Shown here: positions 39,823 to 48,938 of the stretch, in pieces
Layout of the letters: every line of letters begins with the position of its first letter
Numbering within the stretch: position 1 is the first letter of the stretch
Assembly: GCA_963803435.1 (NCBI GenBank)
Contig: CAWDML010000001.1
Span: 1,376,001 to 1,440,000 of the forward strand
Origin: an uncultured delta proteobacterium
Lineage (GTDB): Bacteria > Myxococcota > Kuafuiibacteriia > Kuafuiibacteriales > Kuafuiibacteriaceae
Length of the DNA: 64,000 bases
Direction of reading: 5' to 3'
Notes under the pieces: generated by a model
What the model was told of the DNA's origin: nothing
Seen by the model: only the letters and a program-made list of their open reading frames with translations
Databases searched by the model: none
Program-made: the position numbers and the translations under genes

Positions 39823-40536
39823 GAGCGCACGCCTACGCCCGGTCGCGCGACGAGGACTCGCGCGAGCAGCTGATCATCGACAACGTGGCGATGGCCCGCC
39901 GGATCGCCCGGCGCATCGGTCGAAACGTCGACCCCGCCACCCGCGACGATCTCGAGGCGACCGCGATGATGGGCCTGGTCGAGGCCGCCAAGCGGTACGA
40001 CTTCTCGCGGGCCGAGCCGTTCCCCGCCTTCGCGTTCCGCCGGGTGCGCGGCGCGGTGATCGACTCGATCCGGAAGAACGACCTGGTGCCCCGCCGCGTG
40101 CGCACGCTGGTCAAGCAGGCCGGCGCCGCCATCGCGGAGCTCGAGCAGAAGCTCGGGCGCACGCCGGAGGACGAGGAGGTCGCCGCCTGGCTCGAGATCC
40201 CGGTCGAGGACTACCGCGCGGACCTGCAGGCCGTGGCCGAGGTCAGCTTCGTCGAGCTCGGGCCCTACCTGGAGAGCCAGACGGCCGACCGTGCGGAGGC
40301 TTCGGATTCCGACGCATCGGATCGAGCGCGCCGATCTGGTCCGCTCGATCCGCGCCGGCCTGAGCAAGCTCGAGCCGCGGGACGCCAAGCTGTTGATGCT
40401 CTACTACGTGGAGGAGCTCACCTACTCCGAGATCGGGCGCGTGCTCGAGATCAGCGAGGCGCGGGTCTGCCAACTCCACTCACGCGCGCTGGTCCGGCTG
40501 CGCGCCGCCGTCGAGGCGGACCAGAAGGAGGTCTGA
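39819..40536 (+). CDS. fliA: Sigma28 FliA/WhiG-family sigma factor, copy 1 (apparent +1 frameshift ~40305-40309)
   Basis: GLVEAAKRYD, RVRGAVIDSIR, LGRTPED; region 4 LYYVEELTYSEIG, SEARVCQLH in the +1 frame. Confidence 0.88.
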
Positions 40537-40537
40537 G

Positions 40538-41242
40538 ATGTCGAAAGGGATCTACGCGGCCACGTCGGGCGCGGTCGCCATGGAGCGCGCGCTGGACGTC
40601 ACCGCCCAGAACGTCGCCAACGCCAGCACCACCGGATACCGGGCGCGCCGGGTCTCGTTCGCGGAGACGCTGAAGGGCGCCGTCGGCGCCGCCGCCGTCC
40701 GCGCCGAGGGCCCGTCGATCGACACGCGCACCGGTCACATCGAGTCCACCGAGAACCCGCTCGACGTCGCGATCGAGGGCAAGGGCTACCTGGTGGTCGA
40801 CTCGGATCGCGGACCGCTGCTCACCCGCGCCGGGAACCTGCACGTGCGGCCCGACGGCCTGCTGTGCGACGGCTCCGGCCTCCCGATCCTCGGGAAGGAC
40901 GGCCCCATCTCCGTCCCACCGGATGCGCCCGACGTGCACATCGCCGCCGACGGCACCGTCTCCGCCGGCAGCACCGCCATCGGCACCCTCCTGGTCGTCA
41001 ATGCCGCCGACGAGGGGCTGGTCGCCGAGGGAGATCATATGCGTGCCATGCCCGGCACACCGCTTGCGGAGAGCACAGAACCGATGCTGCACCCGGGCGC
41101 GCTCGAGAAGCCGAACTTCGACGTCGTCGAAGGCATGGCCGATTCGATCCGCACCACCCGCGCCTACGAGGCGCTCACCCGTACGATTCAAACCTTCAGC
41201 GACGTCGATGCTCGCACCGCCCGCAGCGGCGGGAAGAGCTGA
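40538..41242 (+). CDS. flgF: Flagellar rod protein FlgF
   Basis: NVANASTTGY, NPLDVAIEGKGY, TRAG; precedes flgG. Confidence 0.88.
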   Translation: MSKGIYAATSGAVAMERALDVTAQNVANASTTGYRARRVSFAETLKGAVGAAAVRAEGPSIDTRTGHIESTENPLDVAIEGKGYLVVDSDRGPLLTRAGNLHVRPDGLLCDGSGLPILGKDGPISVPPDAPDVHIAADGTVSAGSTAIGTLLVVNAADEGLVAEGDHMRAMPGTPLAESTEPMLHPGALEKPNFDVVEGMADSIRTTRAYEALTRTIQTFSDVDARTARSGGKS

Positions 41243-41253
41243 GGAGGACGCCC

Positions 41254-42039
41254 ATGCTTCGCTCACTTTCCACGGCCGCCAGCGGAATGCAGGCCCTCCA
41301 GACGCAGCTCGACGTCACCGCCAACAACATCGCGAACGTCTCCACGCCCGGGTTCAAGAAGAGCCGCGTCGAGTTCGAGAACCTCATGGTCCAGACCATG
41401 CGCGCTCCCGGGACGCCGACCGGCGAGGACACCATGACGCCGACCGGCCTCGAGGTCGGCATGGGTGTGCGGACGTACGGCACCGAGCGCAGCCATGTGC
41501 AAGGCAGCCTGCAGCAGACGGGCAACCCCCTCGACCTCGCCATCGAGGGCGAAGGCTTCTTCCAGGTCGAGCTCCCCAGCGGCGAGACCGGCTACACGCG
41601 GGCCGGCAGCTTCCAGAAGGACGCCGAGGGCCGCCTGGTCACGCCGCAGGGCATGCTGCTCGCCGGCGAGATTGAGCTGCCGCCCGACGCAGAGACCGTC
41701 GCCGTCTCCGCGGACGGCGTGATCAACGTGACCATCCCCGGACAGCCCGAGCCCGTCGAGGTGGGGCGCGTCGAGCTCGCCACCTTCGCCAATCCGGCCG
41801 GCCTGCTGGCCATGGACCACAACATGTTCCGCGAGACGGCCGCCTCCGGCTCGCCGGTCACCGGCGCCCCCGGCGAGAACGGCACCGGGCCGCTGACCCA
41901 GGGCGCGATCGAGATGTCGAACGTGAAGATCGTCGAGGAGATGATCGACCTGATCTCCGGCCAGCGCGCCTACGAGGTGAACTCGCGCGTCATCAAGGCC
42001 GCCGACGAGATGCTCCAGCAGGCCTCGAACCTCCGCTAG
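41254..42039 (+). CDS. flgG: Flagellar distal rod protein FlgG
   Basis: ANNIANVSTPGFK, TGNPLDLAIEGEGFF, QRAYEVNSRVI. Confidence 0.95.
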   Translation: MLRSLSTAASGMQALQTQLDVTANNIANVSTPGFKKSRVEFENLMVQTMRAPGTPTGEDTMTPTGLEVGMGVRTYGTERSHVQGSLQQTGNPLDLAIEGEGFFQVELPSGETGYTRAGSFQKDAEGRLVTPQGMLLAGEIELPPDAETVAVSADGVINVTIPGQPEPVEVGRVELATFANPAGLLAMDHNMFRETAASGSPVTGAPGENGTGPLTQGAIEMSNVKIVEEMIDLISGQRAYEVNSRVIKAADEMLQQASNLR

Positions 42040-42051
42040 AGGACACCACCG

Positions 42052-42678
42052 ATGAACGCCGCCGCCATCCTCATCCTGCTCCTGTCCAGCTCCGGCGACC
42101 GGATCGCGTCGGCCGACGTCGAGTGGAACCTGCCGGCCGGGCTGGCGGTGCTCTCGGTGAAGACCACCTCCCGCGTCTCGATCCCGAAGGACGCCCGCCT
42201 GGTCGCCGAGTGGCCGGCGCCGGCCCGCGCCGGCTCCCAGAGCGTCCGGCTCCGCATCGACGGCCGTGCCCCCATCTTCGCGTTCGTCAAGCTGGGCGAG
42301 CTCCACCCGGTGCTGGTGGCGACCCGCGCCCTCGAGAAGGGCCACGTGCTGAAGCCCGGCGATCTCGCCACCCTCGAGCTGCCCAAAGAGGGTCTCGACC
42401 TCCCGGCCCGCGCGCTGATCGGCCGGCGGATGCAAGCCGACCTGCACGCCGGAGATGCGCTGAAGGAGCGTGACGTCGAGCTTCCTCCTCCCCTCGCGCG
42501 CGGCACGGCGGTCACCGTGATCGCCTCGCGCGGCGCCGTCCGGGTCTCGGTGGCGGGGCAGCTCTACCAGGACTGCCGCCTGGGCGAGCGCTGCCGCGCC
42601 CTCACCTCGATCCAGCGCCAGCCGCTCTTCGGACGGCTCACGGACGACCACACCTTCCTGATCGCGGAGGCCCAATGA
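42052..42678 (+). CDS. flgA: P-ring assembly chaperone FlgA
   Basis: SAF-like domain VLVATRALEKGHVL; lies between flgG and flgH. Confidence 0.75.
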   Translation: MNAAAILILLLSSSGDRIASADVEWNLPAGLAVLSVKTTSRVSIPKDARLVAEWPAPARAGSQSVRLRIDGRAPIFAFVKLGELHPVLVATRALEKGHVLKPGDLATLELPKEGLDLPARALIGRRMQADLHAGDALKERDVELPPPLARGTAVTVIASRGAVRVSVAGQLYQDCRLGERCRALTSIQRQPLFGRLTDDHTFLIAEAQ

Positions 42679-43340
42679 AAGCTTCAATCCTCGCCCTGGC
42701 CCTGACGGCCCTGACCGCGGGCGCTTGCGCCGGTGAGAACAAGACCGAGCGTCGCGTCCGTAACTTCGATGTGGGCAAGTACGAGCCCCGACCGACCGCC
42801 ACCAACGGGAGCATCTTCGCCGCCGCCGGCGCCGGCCTGCTCGAGGACGAGCGCCCGCAGTTCGTCGGTGACGTGATCATCGTGCGGATCGAGGAGCAGG
42901 ACTCGGCGCTCCACGACTCGTCGACCACGCTCGACCGCACGCAGAACTTCGACTTCGGCGTCTCCGGCGCCATCGACAAGGCGCTGCCCAAGGTGGGCGT
43001 CGGCGACCTCTTCGGCACCAAGACCGAGTCGTCGATGGGCGGCAAGGGGACCATCGCCCGCCGAGGATCGCTGAAGGCGATGCTCCCGGTGCGCGTCAAG
43101 CAGGTGCTCCCGAACGGCGATCTCTACGTCGAGGGCACCAAGATCGTCACGGTCGGCAACGAGGAGCGCAACCTGTACGTGAGCGGCGTGGTGCGACCCG
43201 CCGACGTCCTCGCCGACGGCTCGGTCCTCTCCTCCCGCATCGCCGACGCCGAGATCGCGTACACCGGCGAGGGCGACGCCAGCGACCAGCAGGACCAGGG
43301 CTGGTTCATGAAGCTGCTCGGCTACATCTGGCCTTTCTGA
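42675..43340 (+). CDS. flgH: Flagellar L-ring protein FlgH
   Basis: Lipobox AGAC, VGDVI, VLPNGDL, SSRIADA, C-terminal WPF. Confidence 0.93.
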   Translation: MKASILALALTALTAGACAGENKTERRVRNFDVGKYEPRPTATNGSIFAAAGAGLLEDERPQFVGDVIIVRIEEQDSALHDSSTTLDRTQNFDFGVSGAIDKALPKVGVGDLFGTKTESSMGGKGTIARRGSLKAMLPVRVKQVLPNGDLYVEGTKIVTVGNEERNLYVSGVVRPADVLADGSVLSSRIADAEIAYTGEGDASDQQDQGWFMKLLGYIWPF

Positions 43341-43350
43341 GAGGACGACC

Positions 43351-44442
43351 ATGAAGCAGAACCTCATCATCGCCCTCCTCCTCTCGAGCACCGCACCCGC
43401 GCACGCGGCGCGCCTCAAGGAGCTCGTCGACATCCAGGGCTTTCGCGAGAACCATCTGGTCGGCATCGGCCTGGTCGTCGGGCTCAACGGCACGGGCGAT
43501 CGACCCGGCTCGTACGCGACGCAGCTGCCCCTGGCCACCATCATGCGCAACCTGGGGAGCGCTGTGGACCCGAGCCAGGTCCGCGCCCAGAACGTGGCGC
43601 TGGTGACGGTGACCGCCGAGCTGCCGGCCTTCGCCCGGCCGGGCGTCCACTTCGACGTCACGGTCTCCTCGATGGGCACCGCCAAGAGCCTCGGGGGCGG
43701 GACGCTGATCGCCACGGCCCTCAAGGGCCTCGACCGTCGTACCTACGGGATCGCGCAAGGTGGGTTGACGGTGGGCGGCTACCAGGTCTCCTCCGCCTTC
43801 TCGGGCTCGTTCAAGAGCAAGAACACGGTGGCGGTGGGACGGATCCCCAACGGCGCCATCGTGGAGCGCGAGGTCCCGCAGACGCTCCCCTCCGATCGGC
43901 TCACGCTCCTCCTGAAGGAGCCCGACTTCACCACCGCCAGCCGGATCGCGGCGGCCATCGATCAGTCCCTGGGCGAGGCGCTGGCGAGCATCAAGGACGC
44001 CGGGATGATCGAGGTCTCGGTCTCCGAGAAGTGGAAGGACAAGGTGGTCGGGCTGATCGCGGCGGTCGAGGCCGTCGAGGCCGAGCCGGACGCGCCGGCC
44101 CGCGTGATCATCGACGAGCGCACCGGCACCGTGGTGGTGGGCGAGAACGTCTCCCTGCGGCCGGCCGCGATCAGCTACGGCGGGCTCACCGTCGAGGTGA
44201 CCGAGCGCTTCGGCGTCTCCCAGCCGAACGCCTTCTCCGAGGGCGAGACGGTGGTCCTGCCCAGCTCCGACATCAAGGTCGACGAGCACCAGGGCGAGCT
44301 CAAACCGATGCCGAGCGCCGCGACGCTCGGTGAGGTGGTGGCAGCGCTCAACGCGCTCAAGGTCAGCCCGCGCGACCTGGTCACCATCCTTCAGGCCCTC
44401 AAGGCCGCCGGCGCGCTCCGCGCGGAGATCGACCCGCTGTGA
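43351..44442 (+). CDS. flgI: Flagellar P-ring protein FlgI
   Basis: GLVVGLNGTGD, AKSLGGGTL, ERTGTVV, ILQALKAAGAL. Confidence 0.95.
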   Translation: MKQNLIIALLLSSTAPAHAARLKELVDIQGFRENHLVGIGLVVGLNGTGDRPGSYATQLPLATIMRNLGSAVDPSQVRAQNVALVTVTAELPAFARPGVHFDVTVSSMGTAKSLGGGTLIATALKGLDRRTYGIAQGGLTVGGYQVSSAFSGSFKSKNTVAVGRIPNGAIVEREVPQTLPSDRLTLLLKEPDFTTASRIAAAIDQSLGEALASIKDAGMIEVSVSEKWKDKVVGLIAAVEAVEAEPDAPARVIIDERTGTVVVGENVSLRPAAISYGGLTVEVTERFGVSQPNAFSEGETVVLPSSDIKVDEHQGELKPMPSAATLGEVVAALNALKVSPRDLVTILQALKAAGALRAEIDPL

Positions 44443-45068
44443 AGACCGATCCCGCCAAAGCGTTCGAGGCGTACTTCTACCGCCAGATCCTCAAGGAGAC
44501 GAAGATCGGAGAGATCGCGTTCGGCGGCGGCGGCGTCGCCGGCTCCACCTTCTCCGACATGTTCACCGAGGCGCTCGCGGATCAGATGGCCTCCGCGGGC
44601 GAGCTCAGCATGAGCGCTGCGCTCGGTGGGTCGCTGTCGCCCTCCGCATCGCCCGGCGCGGGCGCTCCGCTCTCGGTTCAACCGGTGGCCGGTCGCATCT
44701 CGTCGTCGTTCGGGCTCCGCGAGGATCCGATCGACGGCCTGCACCGACATCACGACGGGCTCGACATCGCTGCGCCCGCGGGCACACCGGTGCGCGCCGC
44801 CGGCGGGGGGGTGGTGGTCCGCGCCACCGACGATGCCGGCGGCTATGGACGCATGGTCGTCGTCGACCACGGCGACGGCCTCACCACCCGCTACGCGCAC
44901 CTCTCGGACATGACCGTCCGGGAGGGCGACCGCCTGGAGCCGGGCGCGGTCCTGGGCCGGGTCGGCTCGACGGGCCGGAGCACCGGCCCCCACCTCCACT
45001 TCGAGGTTCGGCGCGGGGATCACCCGGTGGATCCCGAAAAAGCGCTGCCGCCCCTTAAAAGGCGCTGA
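44439..45068 (+). CDS. flgJ: FlgJ rod-binding domain fused to an M23 peptidase
   Basis: AKAFEAYFYRQILKE (rod-binding), then HDGLD, YAHL and STGPHLHFE (M23). Confidence 0.8.
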   Translation: MKTDPAKAFEAYFYRQILKETKIGEIAFGGGGVAGSTFSDMFTEALADQMASAGELSMSAALGGSLSPSASPGAGAPLSVQPVAGRISSSFGLREDPIDGLHRHHDGLDIAAPAGTPVRAAGGGVVVRATDDAGGYGRMVVVDHGDGLTTRYAHLSDMTVREGDRLEPGAVLGRVGSTGRSTGPHLHFEVRRGDHPVDPEKALPPLKRR

Positions 45069-45082
45069 TCCGCGGTCGAGTT
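45056..45082 (+). promoter_or_regulatory. Sigma28 promoter (flgM)
   Basis: TAAA-N15-GTCGAGTT; shares CCCCTTAAAA with the fliC promoter. Confidence 0.65.
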
Positions 45083-45102
45083 GAAGGGTGGAGGTCGATG
45101 GA

Positions 45103-45411
45103 ATGCGTATCAATGGTCGCGACCCGTGCCAGCGCGTGGGAGGCACAGGGCAAAAACCCGATCCCAAGAACGCCAGCGACCTCCAGCGGCCGCGCGGCGC
45201 CGAGGGCAACGATCGCCACTCGGTCGTGCTCGGTGATCGGGCGTCCAAGATGACCGACAAGCTCTCCGCCGACGACGCCGCCCGCGAGGGGAAGCTCAGC
45301 GAGATCAAGCGCCAGCTCGACGACGGCACCTACACGGTCGATCTCGACGTGCTCGCCGAGCGCCTCGTCGACGAGGAGCTCGCGCGGGCCGCGCCCGGAG
45401 GAAGCAAATGA
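45103..45411 (+). CDS. flgM: Anti-sigma28 factor FlgM
   Basis: REGKLSEIKRQLDDGTYTVD...LAERL. Confidence 0.85.
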   Translation: MRINGRDPCQRVGGTGQKPDPKNASDLQRPRGAEGNDRHSVVLGDRASKMTDKLSADDAAREGKLSEIKRQLDDGTYTVDLDVLAERLVDEELARAAPGGSK

Positions 45412-45743
45412 GCTCGGCCGATCTCGCGGCGCGCCTCGACGACACGCTCAAGAGAGAGCGAAGCGCCATCGTTGCACTCGACACCGCCGCCCTCGCCGCC
45501 TTCGAGCAGGAGAAGCTCACCCTCCTCGACGAGCTCAAACGTTCGCTCGACGGCCCCTCCACCGCGAGCGACGCGCGCCGATTGCTCGCGCCGATCTTCG
45601 TCGAGGCCGAGATCAACGCGCTTCTCCTGAAGGAGGCCGTCGGCACGCTCTCCTCGCTGCTCGGGATCACCGAGACCGGCGTCTACGATTGAGCGGCCCG
45701 CACCGGCAAGAGCACCAGCCCCTCCCGAAGGAGGGTCGCCTGA
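45408..45743 (+). CDS. flgN: FlgN-like chaperone (in-frame TGA at 45690-45692 probably an error)
   Basis: Helical ORF between flgM and flgK with N..LL and YD motifs; the frame continues to a stop at 45743. Confidence 0.6.
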
Positions 45744-45753
45744 GGAGATCACG

Positions 45754-47083
45754 ATGGGCGGCATGTACTCACTCCTCGGCCTCGGTGCCCGCAGCTTCCT
45801 CTCCTTCCAGAGCGGGATGGCATCGGCCGGTCAGAACGTCGCCAACTCCAGCACTCCGGGCTACCGCCGGACCACCGTCGATCTCGCCTCCGAGCTCCTG
45901 GGCGGCGGTGTCCGCTCGAACGGGATGCAGCGCGTCGACGATCCGCTCCTCTCCCGGCGCGAGCGCCAGGCCACCTCGGACCTCGGTCATGCCAGCGATC
46001 TCGCCGCCGCCGTCTCCGCCCTCGAGGGCGCGGTCAGCCCCGACTCGGGCAGCATCGTCGACGCGATCACGAACTTCTTCGGAGCGGTCGCGCAGGCCAG
46101 CTCCTCGCCGACCGATTCTGAACCGCCGCACCGCCATGGTGCAGAAGGGCCAGGATCTCGAGCAGGCGTTTCACGACCTCCACGACTCCGTGCACCAGGC
46201 GATCGACGAGTCCGAGGCGCGCATCAAGGCGTACGCCGAGAACGCCAGCCAGCTGGCGCACGACCTCGCCGCCCTCAACGCCGAGGTCTCCGTCAGCAAC
46301 GACCCGACGCTGCAGGATCGCCGGGACAAGGTCGCGGGCGAGCTCGCCCAGCTCACCGGCGGCCGCGTGCTGGAGAGCGACCACGGCTACCGCTTCATGC
46401 TCGACGACGGGTCCGTGCTCGTCGACGGCAACCGGGCCGCCAAGGTCGAGGCCGTCCCGGACGCCGCGCTCGGGGGCCACAGCCGCATCGAGGTGGTCGA
46501 TGGCGGCTCCCGCCGCAACGTCACCGGGAGCGTCGGCGGCAAGCTCGCCGGGCAGCTCGACCTTCGCGATCGGATCGCGCCGGGTCTCGGCGACCAGATC
46601 GATCAGCTCGCCTTCGACCTCGCCAGCGACGTCAACGCCGTCCACTCGGCCAACGCCGGCCTCGACGGTGTCACCGGCCGGAGCTTCTTCACGCAGCCGG
46701 GGTCGGTCGCAGGCGCCGCGCAGGCCTTCACCGTCGACCCCACCATCGCCGCCGATCCGCGGCTGGTGGCGGCGGCCGATCCGAACCTCGGGAGCGGCGA
46801 CAACAGCGGCCTCGCCGGGATCGCTTCGCTCGCGGACCGCTTCTCCGACGCCGCCATCGGCGTCCTCTCGAACCTCGGACAGGAGGTCGCGGGCGCCCAG
46901 CGGAACGAGAGCATGGCGCAGGCCAAGTCCGACACGCTGTCGTCGCTCCGCGACTCGCTCTCCGGCGTCTCGATCGAAGAAGAGATGTCGCGCCTATCCG
47001 AATTCCAGCGGGCCGCTGAGGCCTCCCTCCAGTTCGTGCAGACGATCGACGGCATGCTCGAAGAAATGATCCACAACCTATGA
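45754..47083 (+). CDS. flgK: Hook-associated protein FlgK (apparent +1 frameshift ~46114-46118)
   Basis: QNVANSSTPGYRR, LQDRRD, GDNS, SGVSIEEEM. Confidence 0.9.
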
Positions 47084-47931
47084 GAGTCACCGAGAACCGC
47101 CTGATGGAGATCACGCGGCGCGCCAACGCCGACGCGCGCAGCGAGACCGCGCAGGCCAGCGAGGAGCTGACCAGCGGCGTGCGCGTGAAGAAGGCCTCCG
47201 ACGATCCACTAGCCTGGGCCGACGGCGCCAAGGCGGCCGCCAAGACCGCGCTGGTGGAGGCTCGCGGCGACGGCATCGAGCGCGCGCTCGATCGTCTCAA
47301 CCTCACCGACTCGGCCCTCTCCGACATCTCCGAGCAGATGCAGAGCGCCTACGAGCTCGCCGTCCAGATGGGCAACGGGACGATCAACGCGGAGGATCGC
47401 AGCACGGCCGCCCAGCGGGTGCAGGAGATCATCGAACAGGTGATCAGCTCGGCCAACAGCAAGGGCGTCGACGGAGACTATCTGTTCGCCGGCTCGAGGA
47501 CCGACGCGCCCGCGTTCGACTCCGGCGGCCTCTACGCCGGCGACGGCACCCCGCTCCAGGTCGCCACCGGAGCCAACGCCAGCGCCACCGCCGGTGTGGT
47601 CGGCTCCGACTTCGATCCGATCGCGGTGCTCCGGAACCTCCAGGACGCGCTCTCCAACAACTCGATCTCGGACGTCTCGACGAGCGTGGGCGAGATCCGC
47701 GGCGCCCTTGACCGCCTGGGGCAGACGCGCGCTGCGGTGGGCTTCCGCATGCAGCAGTTCGAGCAGGGAAGAGACGCGGCCGGAGAGCTCCAGCAGCGGC
47801 TCGGCGAGCTTCGCTCCAACGCCATCGGCTCCGATCCCTTCGACGCGGCCTCCCGGCTCGCTCAGGCCAGCTCGAAGCTAGACACCTCGCGCATTCTCGC
47901 TCAGCAGCTCGCCTCGATGCTGCAGCGCTGA
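47080..47931 (+). CDS. flgL: Hook-associated protein FlgL
   Basis: MRVT, SGVRVKKASDDP, YLFAG; follows flgK. Confidence 0.88.
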   Translation: MRVTENRLMEITRRANADARSETAQASEELTSGVRVKKASDDPLAWADGAKAAAKTALVEARGDGIERALDRLNLTDSALSDISEQMQSAYELAVQMGNGTINAEDRSTAAQRVQEIIEQVISSANSKGVDGDYLFAGSRTDAPAFDSGGLYAGDGTPLQVATGANASATAGVVGSDFDPIAVLRNLQDALSNNSISDVSTSVGEIRGALDRLGQTRAAVGFRMQQFEQGRDAAGELQQRLGELRSNAIGSDPFDAASRLAQASSKLDTSRILAQQLASMLQR

Positions 47932-47953
47932 AGAACTTTTTCTCGGCCCCCCT

Positions 47954-47980
47954 TAAAACGGGCCGACCCAAATCCGATTC
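47954..47980 (+). promoter_or_regulatory. Sigma28 promoter (fliC)
   Basis: TAAA-N15-TCCGATTC. Confidence 0.75.
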
Positions 47981-48036
47981 AATCATCGAACCGAGGGACG
48001 CAAGACAAGCCCTCGAACACTGAGGAGAACAAAGGT

Positions 48037-48873
48037 ATGGCACTCGTAGTCAACACGAACACCGCGTCCCTCGGCGCGCAGCGGAATCTGCAGCGCACCG
48101 GTCACGCCCTCGACAAGAACATCCGGCGGCTCTCGTCGGGCCTGCGCATCGCGAACGCGTCCGACGACGCGGCCGGCCTCGGCATCAGCGAGCGCCTCAA
48201 GGCTCAGATCCGCGGCCTGTCGCAGGCCTCTCGCAATGCGAGCGACGGTATCTCGATGGCGCAGATCGCAGAAGGCGCGATGAACGAGCAGGCGGACATC
48301 CTGACCCGGCTCCGCGAGCTGTCGGTCCAGTCCGCGAACGGAACCCTGGGCGACAACGAGCGCGGGTTCATCAACACGGAGGCGACGCAGCTGATCCAGG
48401 AGCTCGACCGAATCACCAGCGTGACGGAGTACAACGGCGTCAACATGCTGGCGTCCGGCAGCTCGGTGGACGTGCAGGTCGGCATCAACAGCGGTGAGAC
48501 GATCAACATCGCGTTCGGGCAGACGGACAGCGCCACCCTCGGCACCAGCGCCGGCGGCGCGGCGCTCAGCACCATCGACCTGAGCTCGCAGGGCGGCGCG
48601 GACACGGCCCTCGACATCATCGACCAGTCGATCGACGACCTCTCGAGCGCTCGCGCCTCGGTCGGCGCCTCGCAGAACCGGCTCGAGACCACCCTGAACG
48701 TGCTGTCCTCGGCCCACGAGAACCTCTCGGCCGCGAACTCGCGCATCCGTGACGTCGACGTCGCGGAAGAGACCGCGTCCCTGACCAGGAACCAGATCCT
48801 GAGCCAGGCCGGTGTCGCGGTGCTCGCGCAGGCGAACCAGCTCCCGTCGGCGGCGCTCTCGCTGCTGCAGTAG
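48037..48873 (+). CDS. fliC: Flagellin (278 aa, D0/D1 domains only)
   Basis: VNTN, RLSSGLRI, DDAAGL, GASQNRL, SRIRDVD, LAQAN. Confidence 0.97.
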   Translation: MALVVNTNTASLGAQRNLQRTGHALDKNIRRLSSGLRIANASDDAAGLGISERLKAQIRGLSQASRNASDGISMAQIAEGAMNEQADILTRLRELSVQSANGTLGDNERGFINTEATQLIQELDRITSVTEYNGVNMLASGSSVDVQVGINSGETINIAFGQTDSATLGTSAGGAALSTIDLSSQGGADTALDIIDQSIDDLSSARASVGASQNRLETTLNVLSSAHENLSAANSRIRDVDVAEETASLTRNQILSQAGVAVLAQANQLPSAALSLLQ

Positions 48874-48887
48874 TAGGGATTCGGGGA

Positions 48888-48919
48888 GGAGACCGCCGAA
48901 CGTGAGTCCGGCGGTCTCC
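48888..48919 (+). terminator. GC-rich stem-loop between fliC and fliD
   Basis: GGAGACCGCCG-N10-CGGCGGTCTCC, perfect 11-bp stem, no U tract. Confidence 0.6.
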
Positions 48920-48938
48920 GCTCATCATAGGAGGACAC

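Noticed and set aside
12086-47083. Pseudogenisation of fliG, fliH, fliA1, flgN and flgK
   Set aside because: Each has a single lesion at or near GATC with conserved sequence on both sides and intact promoters, so sequencing error is more likely than decay.
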